From: the human T2T-CHM13v2.0 reference genome, Homo sapiens
Strand: one strand, 5' to 3'
NCBI RefSeq assembly: GCF_009914755.1
Contig: NC_060936.1
DNA: 64,000 bases
The notes under the pieces were generated by a model, which was given only the letters and a program-made list of their open reading frames with translations, ran no database searches and was not told the origin of the DNA. Below, piece by piece: positions 1-17,886 of the stretch (position 1 is the first letter of the stretch; each line of letters begins with the position of its first letter). A program made the position numbers and the translations under genes.

Positions 1-175
1 CTGCTGTTACCCAGGCAAACAGGGTCTGGAGTGGACCTCTAGCAAGCTCCAACAGACCTGCAGCTGAGGGTCCTGTCTGTTAGAAGGAAAACTAACAAAC
101 AGAAAGGACGTCCACACCAAAAACCCATCTGTATGTCACTATCATCAAAGACCAAAAGTAGATAAAACCACAAAG

Positions 176-1192
176 ATGGGGAAAAAACAGAGCAGAAAAA
201 CTGGAAACTCTAAAAAGCAGAGCGCCTCTCCTCCTCCAAAGGAACACAGTTCCTCACCAGCAACGGAACAAAGCTGGATGGAGAATGACTTTGATGAGTT
301 GAGAGAAGAAGGCTTCAGATGATCAAACTACTACGAGCTACAGAAGGAAATTCAAAGCAAAGGCAAAGAAGTTGAAAACTTTGAAAAAAATTTAGAAGAA
401 TGTATAACTAGAATAACCAATACAGAGAAGTGCTTAAAGGAGCTGATGGAGCTGAAAGCCAAGGCTCCAGAACTACGTGAAGAATGCAGAAGCCTCAGGA
501 GCCGATGCGATCAACTGGAAGAAAGGGTATCAGTGATGGAAGATGAAATGAATGAAATGAAGTGAGAAGAGAAGTTTACAGAAAAAAGAATAAAAAGAAA
601 TGAACAAAGCCTCCAAGAAATATGGGACTATGTGAAAAGACCAAATCTACGTCTGATTGGTGTACCTGAAAGTGACGGGGAGAATGGAACCAAGTTGGAA
701 AACACTCTGCAGGATATTATCCAGGAGAACTTCCCCAATCTAGCAAGGCAGGCCAACATTCAGATTCAGGGAATACAGAGAACGCCATAAAGATACTCCT
801 CGAGAAGAGCAACTCCAAGACACATAACTGTCAGATTCATCAAAGTTGAAATGAAGGAAAAAATGTTAAGGGCAGCCAGAGAGAAAGGTCGGGTTACCCA
901 CAAAGGGAAGCCCATCAGACTAACAGCAGATCTCTTGGCAGAAACTCTACAAGCCAGAAGAGAGTGGGGGCCAATATTCAACATTCTTAAAGAAAAGAAT
1001 TTTCAACCCAGAATTTCATATCCAGCCAAACTAAGCTTCATAATTGAAGGAGAAATAAGATACTTTACAGACAAGCAAATGCTGAGAGATTTTGTCACCA
1101 CCAGGCCAGCCCTAAAAGAGCTCCTGAAGGAAGCACTAAACATGCAAAGGAACAACTGGTACCAGCCACTGAAAAATCACGCCAAATTGTAA
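176..1192 (+). pseudogene. L1 ORF1p remnant with three in-frame stops
   Basis: MGKKQSRK start at 176; in-frame TGA at 320, TGA at 563, TAA at 788. Track ORF 851-1192 is the RRM/CTD part. Confidence 0.93.
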
Positions 1193-1255
1193 AGACCATC
1201 AAGGCTAGGAAGAAACTACATCAACTAACGAGCAAAATAACCAGCTAACATCAAA

Positions 1256-5084
<3,829 letters not shown>

Positions 5085-5318
5085 ACAATGAGAACACATG
5101 GACACAGGAAGGGGAACATCACACTCTGGGGACTGTTGTGGGGTCGGGGAAGCGGGGAGGGATAGCATTAGGAGATATACTTAATGGTAAATGACGAGTT
5201 AATGGGTGCAGCACACCAGAATGGCACATGTATACATATGTAACTAACCTGCACATTGTGCACATGTACCCTGAAACTTAAAGTATAATAATAATAAAAT
5301 AAAATAATAAAAAAAAAG

Positions 5319-6113
5319 AAAAGCAAGAAACCCAGTGGCTTCACTGCTGAATTCTACCAAACATTTTAAGAAGAACTTATACCAATGCTACTCACACTGT
5401 TCCAAAAAATGAGGAGGAGTGAGTACTTTCAAACTCATTCTGTGAGGCCAGTATTACCCTGATATCAAAACCAGACAATGACATATCAAAAAAAGAAAAC
5501 CACAGGCCAATATCACTGATAAGTATTGATGCAAAAATCCTTGACAAAATACTAGCAAACCGAATTCAAGAAAACACTTAAAAGACCATTCATCATGATC
5601 AAGTGGAATTTATTGCAGGGATTCAAGGATGGTTCAACATGTGCAAATCAATTAATGCAATACATCATATCAATAGAATAAAAGACAAAATCCATATGAT
5701 CATTTTAGTTGATGCTGAAAAAGCATTTGATAAAATTCAACATCCCTTTATGATGAAAACCCTCAAAACACTGGGTGTAGAAGAAACATACCTCAACATA
5801 ATAAAAGGCATATACACAGTCTCATAGCTAGTATCATATTAAATGGGAAAAACTGAAATCCTTTCCTCTAATATTGGGAACATGACAAGGATGCCCACTT
5901 TCACCACTGTTATTTAACATAGTAGTGGAATTCCTAGCTAGAGCAATAAGACAAGAGAAATAAATAAAGGGCATCCAGTTTGAAAAAGGAGAAGTCAAAT
6001 TATCCCTGTTTTCAGATGATATGATCTTATACTTGGAAAAAGCTAAACATTCCATAAAAAAACTATTGGAACTGATCAAATTCAGTAAAGTTGGAGGATG
6101 CAAAATCAACATA
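5319..6113 (+). mobile_element. Older L1 (L1MA/L1PB class) ORF2 fragment, host of the L1PA3 insertion
   Basis: Diverged RT N-terminal region ([11 protein letters not shown]...[13 protein letters not shown]; LFSDDMILY) starts right after the L1PA3 tail and ends abruptly. Confidence 0.85.
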
Positions 6114-6372
6114 TGAAGCCACCTGCATCCCTTGGTTCATGGCCTCTCTTCACTCCAAAGCTTCTGCTTCCTTAATCACAGTTTCTTCTCTGACTCTGAA
6201 CCTCCTGCCTTCCTCTTAGAAGGACCCTTGTGATTGTGTTGGGCTCACCAGAATAATCCAGGATAATCTCTTCATCTTAAGATCTTCAACTAAGTCACAT
6301 CTTTAAAGACCCTTTTGCCATGTAAGGTAACAGATCCACAGGTTTGGGGGATTAGGAAACATACTGAGTGTC
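6114..6372 (-). mobile_element. MLT1C/D-type MaLR LTR fragment
   Basis: AAGGACCCTTGTGATT...ATAATCCAGGATAATCTC...TTTTGCCATGTAAGGTAACA matches the reverse complement of the MLT1C/D 5' half. Confidence 0.75.
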
Positions 6373-6589
6373 CCCAAATTTTCCCATCCCATTTAATATA
6401 TGAGAGATACTGGGGTATGCCAGTTAGAATACTTTAGTAGAGAGGATAATATAATGATGCCAGCATAAGAAAATATGATCACAAAATCTTTAAGAAATGA
6501 GAGGAAAGAGGATTCAGAGATACTTCTTCCATTCCAGTGATACTTCATTTTAGGTGCTTGATAAATGTTTACAGATACCATAAATTCAT

Positions 6590-8840
6590 GATACTTTGAA
6601 ACTCAAGCATTTGCTTAGAAGATATCAAAAAGCAGAACTTGATATGCTACATTCACAGCATTCATTGCAATATTAGACAAAATAAAAGTTATCTAATAAT
6701 TTAAAAATTAAAAATAGCACTTCAAAATCTTATTTAAGGAAGAAATAAGATATCAGAATATTTGAACAGTAAAAATATAAGTAAAACATATGAAAATTCA
6801 TAAGGTATTGCCAAAGTAATATCTAAAAACAAATGTACTTTTCTGAATATATGTACTAACTGACACCACCCTAAGATTTGGGAAAGAAACAATTAGGCCA
6901 AATAAAGTTGGAAAAAAGAAATGATACAACAAAGAGCAAAAACAAGCTTGCTTGGGAAAGGGGAGACAAAAATAAGTAAAAATTGATCACCAGAAACACT
7001 AATTAACTGGTAGGAAAAGGTCAAAGCAGATGGCCTTCAATTCATTCACTCTCTTCATGGGGTGGGGGTACTATGTTCTCATAAGCCACTCCCTGGCAGA
7101 AGGCAGGTGACCTCCTCCTTGTCAACTGTACCACTGGGTAAATATACTACAGAAATTTATTAGGAAGAGGATAGCTTATTTCTGAATTGCCTTTAACAGG
7201 AAGTCTCTGGCTACAGATTACCTATAGTAAATAGAATCCAGGATCTATGGGGCATGATCCCTTGGAGAATGCCTCGTGGGCTATTCAATTCCCTTGGACT
7301 ATCTCCCACTGTGGGAGATACTCCCATAACCTCAAATGCAAACCAGCCTATCCTGAGCCAGAGGAACATAGCCAACATGGAAAATACTTCTCACTGCATC
7401 TGAACCGACTGAGTGCCTGTTCCTTAACTTCATTTGGGTAATATAAGGTAAGATCTCTGATTCATGTGGGGCTGACTTTCCAATCCAATCCTGTGCATTG
7501 GTATTCTCACTATACCATTGATTCAAACTGAAGAACCAAGTAGCATTGATAACTTGTTACTATATATATATAGATAGATAGATAGATAGATAACTTGTTA
7601 CTATACATATATAAATATATATAACTATATGTACTATATTTTTATTATATAGTATATTTCATATATATAACTATATATACTTTTATTATATAGTATATTT
7701 CATATATATAACTATATATACTTCATATATATACTTCATATATAGTTATATATGTGGTTATATATAGTTTTATATATAACTATATATATTCCATGGTCAT
7801 AAATTCATTGCAAAGCTTTGTAAAAATTTTTTTAAATAATACATATATATACATATATAAAACTATCTAAAATTATTTAAAATGAAAAAGTACCCCACAT
7901 TTCTCCATGAGGCAAAAACTGTTTTGATTGCAAAACCTAAAAGAGAAATACCAACAGTTTTACTAGGCCAACCTCAATTATAAATGATAATCATAATCAT
8001 TTATAAGTTATATATATTTTATAATACTTGAATATTCAAGTATTCTAAAATGTATTCAAGTATTATAAAAACTGCCAATGATTTACCCTGGGATTTCAAA
8101 TTGATGTAGCACAAAGAAAGTAATCAACATGACTCATCATATTAACAAGGGGAGAAAAAGCTAAGATATTCTAAGCTTCTCAGTAAACACCAAGAGCACA
8201 TTTGACAAAAATCCAGTATCTGTTCCAAGTTTTAAATCTAAAACTAGAGTCATTGAGAATTCCTTAACTCACCTTCACAGAGTATATCTATTTCAAGTTG
8301 CATGTTAATATATTTAATACAGATTCATTGAAGTAATTCTCTAAAAAAAAAAAAAAGACAACAAATTCTCCCTTTTAGTACTTCTACTTAATATGTTAAT
8401 AATCCTGGCAATTTGTATGTTAATATCATTGGAAATATTATTCAAGCAAAAAGAAAAATAGGCACACAGACATAAAAATGAAAATATAAATGAGTCATAT
8501 TTGCAGATGGCATGAATATGTATCTGGAAAGCCAGAAGCAAAAAAATAATAATAATAAAATTATCACTGAAGACAATAATCCACTGAGGTCCAAACTGTA
8601 AGATGAATCCACCAAACTTAATTGCATCTCTTTATAAAATGATACCTGACTAGATTAATTGAGAAGAAGAATTAATTTCACTGATAATATAGGTCAACAT
8701 ATTTAAATGCTAGAATACTCATTTAATTTAGGTCATTAGGGTTTGAATTTTTTTAATAGCATAACAGACAAGACATGAATAGTTGTAGCAATATATTATA
8801 TTTCTGATTGGGTATATTAAACAGTAGATGTCAGTATCTA
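6590..8840 (+). mobile_element. Highly decayed L1M ORF2 fragments interrupted by unique and AT-rich sequence
   Basis: Residual motifs CATTTGACAAAAATCC (AFDKI) near 8200 and ATTTGCAGATGGCATG (FADDM-like) near 8500. Boundaries are approximate. Confidence 0.5.
7548..7790. repeat. (TA)n/(GATA)n microsatellite and AT-rich low-complexity tract
   Basis: GATAACTTGTTACTATA repeated on either side of (TA)n(GATA)n, followed by degenerate ~40-bp TA-rich units. Confidence 0.9.
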
Positions 8841-8877
8841 TGGTTGTTATAAATAACACATTAATGGTAAAAAACAG

Positions 8878-9088
8878 ATAGCATTTATTACTTAGTATGA
8901 GGCAGTTATTATGGAAAGCACTCTAGTTGCCTTTTCTGCTTAATCACCAATCTTATGAGATAAATTCTATTCTAATCCTCACTCTACAGACAAGGAAATT
9001 GAGGATAAAAGAGGTTAAGTTGTTTGCGTATGATCAGTAAGTAGTAAGTGACAGAGGCTGGACTTAAATGACTACGACCTGGCTACTT
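8878..9088 (-). mobile_element. MIR SINE
   Basis: Core motif CTACAGACAAGGAAATTGAGGATAAAAGAGGTTAAGT. Confidence 0.75.
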
Positions 9089-10837
9089 AATAAAAATCAA
9101 AAAATTGGTAGGTGGAGCTTAATAAAAAGACTAGGCAAAAAGTTGTAGCACATCTTTTTCTCTAAAAAGGTAACAATGGTGAACACATTGTACCAGATTT
9201 ATAAATGCCTTAAGGTGATACATATTTGTATTTTTTGAGCCTGGCTACAAATGGTATGTTGGATTAAAAATGAAAATACAGATGCAATTTGTTAAAACAT
9301 AATCAAACTGTGGGTTTCTGCCAAGTATCTAAACTATTCTGGGCACTGAGCTCAATTCAGGTCCATATTGCCCAAGTTTTGTAACTGGCAGATCCCCTGG
9401 CCTCATAGATGTGACCACAGTGGAGGGCACAAATGGGGAGAGAGGGCACAACCACTCCCAGGTGTTGGTTGCTCTCTGTATCAGGACTCTGGACCCTCAT
9501 CATGTGCTGGGATGGCACTGGTAGGAAGCCACAATAATCCATTTCCAAGCTGGAGCACTCTACCAAATATTCACCACCCTCCTGAATCAGTATGTTTCAT
9601 TAAAATTATACTGTTCTTATTTTCTTCTGTTTTTTAGGCTTTATTTGATGGGTCTAAAAAGCTGCAGACAAAAAATAATGATACAAAAAAAGAAAACAAA
9701 AGATAGTAATAAAATTAAATAAATAAATAAAAAGTAGCGTATTCTCAGGTGCTGTATTATCCTGACTTGTGCTGATTTGCCCTAATTTTATAATGAAATT
9801 TTCTATGCTTACAGGACTCATTTCTACTTTCTTTAAATCTCTTGACTTTTAAAAATTATATTTGTTCCATAATTCTTAATAAAATATTTTTTATATGGTA
9901 ATTTTTTCTTATCCAAATTTTTCTTCACAATTGTTCATCCCTCTGTTGTAGTGCTTTTACATCTTAACTTTCTAATATTAGCTTGCTTTTTATTTTTAAC
10001 TTTTCTAAAAATTCAAGTTATTTATAATTATTTTATTATTGTGAAGCTTTTTTTTTTTTTTTTTTTTTACAACTTTTGGTTGTAACGTGTACTCACAACC
10101 ATTTTCAATATCATGGGTTTCTAACAATGCTTGACTTTTTTCTTTTATTATTTTAATATAAATACTTTTCCACTTATTCATGAATTATTTTTTCCCCTCA
10201 TGAGGTGTTTTTGTAATGCTGATGAAAGTAATAGGTGAGACAGTAAAAACAGAAAGAGTGCACTGCAAGCAGGAAAAGCCACAGCCTCTTTCCCCACTAC
10301 CCCTCTCCTTCCTTGCCTCAACAAGCTGCTTCCAGTTTTCACCCTCTGTTTGCTTCTCTAGGAGGGTCCAACTATGTGGAAGCTGTCACCTTTGATGGAA
10401 TTTATCTGATACCATATAACATAGGTAAGACACTTAATGTTCTGGTTAGCTACTGCAAAGTAACAAATTATTCTTACATCTTAGATGCTTCAAAAAAATA
10501 ATCAACTTACAATATTTCATGATCCTCTACATGAGGACTTTGACCGGGGCCCAGTGGGTCATTCTTACAATTCTGAGGCCTTCTTAGTGAGGACTGGCAG
10601 CCAAAACACCTCCACATAGCTTCTCTAGCATGGAAGTCTCAGGGTCTTCGTAAGTCTTCCACCATGACTCAGAAATCTCAGAGAGTGATCTCAGAGATGG
10701 GAAATGAAAGCTGCTATTTTCCTAAGGCCTTGGCTAAGAAACTGTGACCTGGTTATTTCTGCCATATTCTATTGATCAAAGCAGTCACAGACCCCTCTCA
10801 GATTCAAGTGGAGGGAAAAAAAGATTTGCAGACCTCC

Positions 10838-11198
10838 TATTGCTGGATATGTATTTAAATAAGGGGCCCAGCTACTACACTTCAAAGTCCACATCTCCCA
10901 ACCAGTGATTGAGAATTGTGCAGATTATAAGGCAGACCTATTTCTGGAAGACACAGGACTCCTTTGCCAGTCACCTTTGGCCCAAGGACTCCCCAACAGC
11001 TTTGCTGAACCTTCCTTAGATACACAACAATCTGCGGTGCCCCCACGCTTCCTTCCGTCTCTCCTGCACTGAGTTGGACTCGCCCTGCTGTCTGCTGACT
11101 CCCCAGACTTCCCTGACTTCTTTTCTATTTCCATTCACATAGGCATGGCCTCTAATAAAATCCTTGCTTATTTAATGCTATTTTGCTGTCTAATTCTT
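10838..11198 (+). mobile_element. ERVL LTR (LTR40-like) nested in MLT1
   Basis: 3' part CTTCCTTCCGTCTCTCCTGCAC...CTAATAAAATCCTTGC resembles the LTR40 family as recalled. Confidence 0.45.
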
Positions 11199-11199
11199 A

Positions 11200-11312
11200 A
11201 ATTAGAATATTATACTCTACTAATATAAATTAGTATATTATACTCTACTAATATAGACTAGCATATTATACTATACTAATATAAATTAGTATATTATACT
11301 CATACTAATATA
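11200..11312. repeat. 28-bp minisatellite, four copies (AATTAGTATATTATACTCTACTAATATA)
   Basis: Four adjacent near-identical units with no spacers. Confidence 0.9.
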
Positions 11313-11374
11313 AAATTTCACCTTTCAGTGGAAGGAGAGTCAAAGAATTTGTGGCTATTTTAAGTCACACATCA

Positions 11375-12470
11375 TTTCTTTTTCCATGCCCCACCCCTGG
11401 AACCTTCTCAAGGTGTTTGACTTCAACCAGAGTTGAAGATCCCCCATCTGCAATACTGCTGCACCCCCACCTCAAGCCCCAGCTGATTGAACCCCAGGTG
11501 GATTCCTGATTCAGGCAATCCACAGGCTGGGCTGAAGCAATCATGATGTCTCTCTAAGGAATATTAATTAAAAGCCACAGAGACCCCAGTCAGTTTTAAG
11601 GAGGTGTGCCGCCAGAAACCAGGGTCAGCACCATACCAAACCAAAGTTATGGAGGAGTAAAAACCAAAAGTCTTGCAGAAGCAGCAGATTTGGAGACAAA
11701 AAAAGCAGAACCCACATGCAGAAAGAAAAGAGAGGCACCACGTGACCCTTGAGACAAAGTGACAGACATTCCAGTGCTGCCAGACAGATTTCCAGTATCT
11801 GTGAGGTCCTGCTGTGCACCAGAGAAGAGAGTTCTGGGAAAACCCCTGCTATGGGTTGAACTGTATTCCCCAAACATTCATATGTTGGAGCCTTAACCTC
11901 CAGGACCTTAGAATGGGACCTTACTTGGAAATAGAGTCATTGCAGATGTAATTAGTTAAGCTGAGTTCCTACTGGAGTAGGGTGGGCCCCTAATCCAATA
12001 TATTGTTGTCCTTATAAAAAGGGGAAGTCTGGAGAATAGTTATCCTTCCAAGATAAACTATTTGCCAAATATGTAACAGAGTAACCAGCCATTTCCATAT
12101 GGGATTTCTAGTCATTTCCCAGTTAAAAATTAAGGAATAGGTACACGCAGTAAGAGCACTCAGTGAAGATGAGGGCAGAGATCAAGATGCCACATCTACA
12201 AACCAAGGAACACCAAAGATTGCCAGAAACTATCAGAAGCTAGGGGAAAGGCATGGAACAGTTACTTCTTCACAGCCGTCAGAAGGAACCAACCCTGTTG
12301 ACACCCGGACCTCAGACGTGAAGCCTCCAGAACCGTGAGATACAAAATTCCTGTTGTTTAAGCCACTCAGTTTGTGGTACTTTGTTATGGCAGCTCTGGA
12401 AAATGAATATGACCCCTATAACTGCATTTCCATGTGAGCTCATTTAAGTGGGTGTCTGTTCCTTGAAGAA
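11375..12470 (+). mobile_element. Ancient MLT1 (M/N2-like) LTR, host of the MLT1C
   Basis: CCCAGCTGATTGAACCCCAGGTGG near the start; TGAGCTCATTTAAGTGGGTGTCTGTTCCTTG terminus after the MLT1C. Confidence 0.45.
11847..12411 (+). mobile_element. MLT1C solo LTR with 5-bp TSD (ACCCC) and a ~100-bp foreign insert
   Basis: TGCTATGGGTTGAA start; TGTTGTTTAAGCCACTCAGTTTGTGGTACTTTGTTATGGCAGC end; ACCCC at 11842-11846 and 12412-12416. Confidence 0.88.
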
Positions 12471-13724
12471 GAAAAATGATATGAATCAAAACATCCCACC
12501 TAAACTGCCTTTGCTCTGAGCAGAGGGAACACCCTCTGGCAGAGCCAGGGTTCTTCTCAGAAAATTATTCCCAGTCTCCTCCAGGACTAAGATAAATGAA
12601 TGAGCAAAGTTTAAAAGTTCTCTTCTAAAGAACATGGTCAAAATAGTTTTAGCCTGTAAAATTTGAAGGCAGATAAAACCAGAATTCAGCCTTGGCAGAA
12701 TAAACTCTCAATAAAGTAACCTCAGATCCTTAGCTCCGAACACCACTTTTTTTTTTCCTGTATTCCTTCCAAGATAAACTATTAGCCAGATATGTAACAG
12801 AGTAACCAGTCATTTTTATATGGGATTGTTATTCATTGCCCAGTTGAAAATTAAAGAATCAGTACAAAAAAAAAAAAAACAAAACACTTTTGTTCTAGGA
12901 AAGAGAATCAGATATCCTTTTTTAGCAATAATTAACTAGCAAGGTCGTGCTGTCACCACGGTTTTTAAAATACCCTTTTGTCTTTCATGGCAAGTGTATG
13001 CATCTAGACCATCTGAAAGTGGCTCTAGAACATGAAAATATAAATGTAAAACAAGAAAGGGGCAGGAAAAGAATGAGGAGCAGGCAAAACATAACCACGT
13101 GTTGGCTATTTCTAACTCCCTGGTCCAGGAGTACTCATTAATCACTCTAATCCCACAGAAGTATAATGATTCTGAATATCTACATATGCCACAAATTATC
13201 TAATACTGTTCCTGATTTACTAGGTGTGGAGTGGCCATATATAAAACCTGACTGTTACTCACATAAAATATTGGCCTGAAACTCTCAGACTTCGAAGCAA
13301 GTAGCAGATTTGGATGGAATACACCACAAATTAATAAAGCCATAATCTAGAGAAGGTAATAAATTGACTTTTTAAATATGAGATACTCTAAACTCTGGCT
13401 TCAGTGGGGAAGAGTTTTTTTTTTTTACTTCAAGTTATGCTGATTTAATTACAAAATAAGCTTTTCCAAGGCACTGGCCTTTGTAATGAAGGTAAATATT
13501 ACATGTTTGCTAAAAAACAGGGTTTTATAAAACTCCTCACCTCATATAAACAATTGTAAGTCTTTTGTTTTTTCCAGAAAAAAAAAAACTTTCACTAAGT
13601 ATTAGTCACTCATATATCTATAAATCTCAGAGGAATTTCCCCAAGCACTCTGGCTTCCCAAGTAGGAGATTGTTTCTCCTAGTTCAAGTCTCATTTCACT
13701 GTTAGGCTGGCTGTTATTTCATGG

Positions 13725-14270
13725 TGACTTGCCATGTTAATAGTATGTCTTCTAATCCACGAATGTGATATAGCTCTCCAACTTATTTGAGTCCTCTTCA
13801 GTTTTACTCAACAGTGTTTTGTAGTTTTCTGTGTATAGGTTTTGGAAATCCATAATTAAATTTATCCTTGGGTATTCTATGGTTCTTTGTTATTATGAAT
13901 TGTATTTTTTATCTCATTTCCCAATTGTTTTGCTGGTATACAGAAATATAATTTATTTACCTATATGGACCTGGAAAATTACAGCTTTGTTAATTAAATT
14001 CAACTAGTTATATTAGTTGTTTTGCAGATTCCTTAGGATTTCTACATTTTAAAAATAAAGTCATCTAAGAATAAATAATTTTTATTCTTTCCAACTTTGA
14101 ATGCTTAATTTCCTTTTTGTATTGTATTGCCCTGGTTAAGCCTTTCAGTACAATGTGGAATAGAAGTAGTTAGCACCGAGATCCTTTCCTTGTTCTTCAT
14201 CTTAGATGAACAGCATTCAGTCTTTTGCAATTCAATAGGATGTTAGCGCGTAGGATTTCTACGAGTAGCC
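13725..14270 (-). mobile_element. Old L1M ORF2 fragment
   Basis: Antisense ORF2 motifs such as TTTTGTAGTTTTCTGTGTATAGG and CAGTACAATGTGGAATAGAAGT. Confidence 0.7.
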
Positions 14271-14271
14271 C

Positions 14272-15152
<881 letters not shown>

Positions 15153-15154
15153 GG

Positions 15155-15191
<37 letters not shown>

Positions 15192-15465
15192 TAAAATTTA
15201 TGTTTGGGTATAAATGACACTCTCCCTGCTAGTTGCTATACTGATAGGGATAATGGGAAGCAAAATCATTACTGTCATCATCCACATAATCCAGAAATAC
15301 TACAATCTTAAGTAATTTAAATCATACTATAATCTTCTTAGTATTATAGTATGAGTATTGGGTTTTGGCAATTAAAGTAGGGAATGAGGCCAGATTCTGG
15401 GATATAACTACCAATGGCATGATTGTCATAACTGAGTCCATGGAAGACATCTCATTTAACATCAT

Positions 15466-15686
<221 letters not shown>

Positions 15687-15702
15687 TGACCATTGACTAT
15701 GA

Positions 15703-16003
15703 TTTTTTAATTTTAATTGGACACAAGGTCTTCCTCTGTTGCCCAGGCTGCAGTGCAGTGGTGAGATCATAGCTCACTGCAGCCTTGAATTTCTAGGCTC
15801 AAGTGATCCTTCTGCCTCTGCCTCCTGAATGGCTGGGACTACAGGTGCGCAACACGACACCTGGCTATTTTTTTTAAATTTTTTGTAGAGATGGGGTCTC
15901 ACTATGTTGCCCAGGCTGGTCTCGAACACTAGGCCTCAAGGTATACTCCTGCCTTGGCCTCTCAAAGTGCTGAGATTATAGGCATAAGCCATCTTGCCTG
16001 GCC
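15703..16003 (-). mobile_element. AluJ
   Basis: Dimeric, with J diagnostics (GATCATAGCTCACTGCAGCCTTG, CACTATGTTGCCCAGG). Confidence 0.9.
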
Positions 16004-16809
16004 GACAATGGTTTCTTAAAGCACTGTTGATTGTAAAACTTATATTAAATAAAGACTCTCGCTCCGCAGAACTGTGTATGGCCCACTCTGGCAAATACTT
16101 GACAATTGTTTACCCTTATGAATTCTTGAATTCAGGCCCCAACTAGACTCATCTGGAGTATCTGTTATCTTATTTTTTATAAGGTGATCTGTTTTCCAAT
16201 ATTATAATGCTCCTAGTTCATCAGTTCATTGGAGGTGACTTCTAAGTTCTGTTACTGATCTGTAGGGAATGTTATGAAGACTCTCAAAATCTTAAAAATA
16301 GATGAACTAATGTTACTCCTGAAGGAATAGTTGCAAAAGGGATCTGTCAGCAATGGAAGCAGAGAAAAAGGAAGGTTACAAGAGTTAACATTACACCCCT
16401 ACAAAAGAAATCCCCAGCTTAGTGACTGGATCGGCTTTGTTCCATAGTTGTGTATAACCCATTTATTGTGGAAATTAATGCATGAAACAATCTTAGACTG
16501 ATATAACAAAATATTGAATGCACGTTATTAAAACTTTCTGATTATAATGGTGTGCAGGACAGAATAAACTACCCAGAGAATGAAAGTGGTCTTGTCAACT
16601 GTTTCTCTCTTCCTTTCATATTTTTATTATACATTTACAGGATTTTACTGTCATGCCATATCAGGGGAGTCAAGTCTAGACAAAGATAACCTATATTCCC
16701 AAATGAACATTCTGAACAAGATTTATATAAGATATAGAAAAGCTCTTATTTTATTGCAATACGGCCAGCTTTATAGTAGGTCTTAGGAGCTGATAAAAAA
16801 TGTGACTTT

Positions 16810-17110
<301 letters not shown>

Positions 17111-17886
17111 GTGACTTCATGTCATGTGTAGTTCATATAAATAAGTTCAATTTATAAGCTCTTTTCCCTGGAAAGTGGTGATCCACTTAAGAATCCATGG
17201 TCACAATTTTGGTACTGGCTACTGAGTGGCTAAAGTCTCAGAGAAGAAGGCCCTTTTTAAAGCAAGACTTAGCAATCAGTGCACATGCACGTGTTGAAAG
17301 TACTTGACATAGTCTTTATTTAAAACGTTTTATTTAAAACAACCATTTACTAATTGCTCTTGATTGTCAGCCTCTGCAGCTGGATTACTTTTCCCAATCT
17401 GCATGGTATATCATCTCACAAGAAAGGACTGTGATTTTGTTTCATCTGCTGATGACATCAATAAAATGCATAGTAAATCACCACTACTATGTTGTTTCAA
17501 GAAAGTATAGTGTGTTCACTAGAAACCATATCATGCCCTGTATTATTTTTTATTTTCTTGACTAATTAAATTAGGAAATATCCATGTTTTATTGACTGTA
17601 GAATTTAATATATAATATAATAATCATGATGAGTAGCCCCAAACTGAAAACAACACTGAGACATGCCACCCTCATTCCACAGTGATTTTTAAAAATATTT
17701 TCTACTTAGATGTATGTAAATAATAGGTACCAGCATGATACTGAGACCATCCTGAGAGAACAGACCCACACATTCCTTCAGGAGAAAATGTATCTGAGAA
17801 AACTGAAACATCTCCTAATCATAAAACAGTTCTTAACTAGCTCTAGGCTCTAATTTTAATGCAAACTATAAACTTTAGTCACTTAC

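Larger units (their letters stand above)
10438..11371 (-). mobile_element. MLT1H/I/J-type MaLR LTR, split by an LTR40-like insertion and a minisatellite
   Basis: TTCTGCCATATTCTATTGATCAAAGCAGTCACAG...CAGATTCAAG, resuming after 11313 with GTCAAAGAATTTGTGGCTATTTT. Confidence 0.6.

Noticed and set aside
7300-7320. 21-bp perfect hairpin TATCTCCCAC-T-GTGGGAGATA
   Set aside because: Real but short (10-bp arms), with no supporting context for a function.
9310-9600. GC-richer island with ORFs on both strands
   Set aside because: I could not match it to a protein or repeat family; probably an unrecognised ancient repeat.
11200-11312. CRISPR-like array
   Set aside because: Units are contiguous with no unique spacers, the context is eukaryotic and there are no cas genes.
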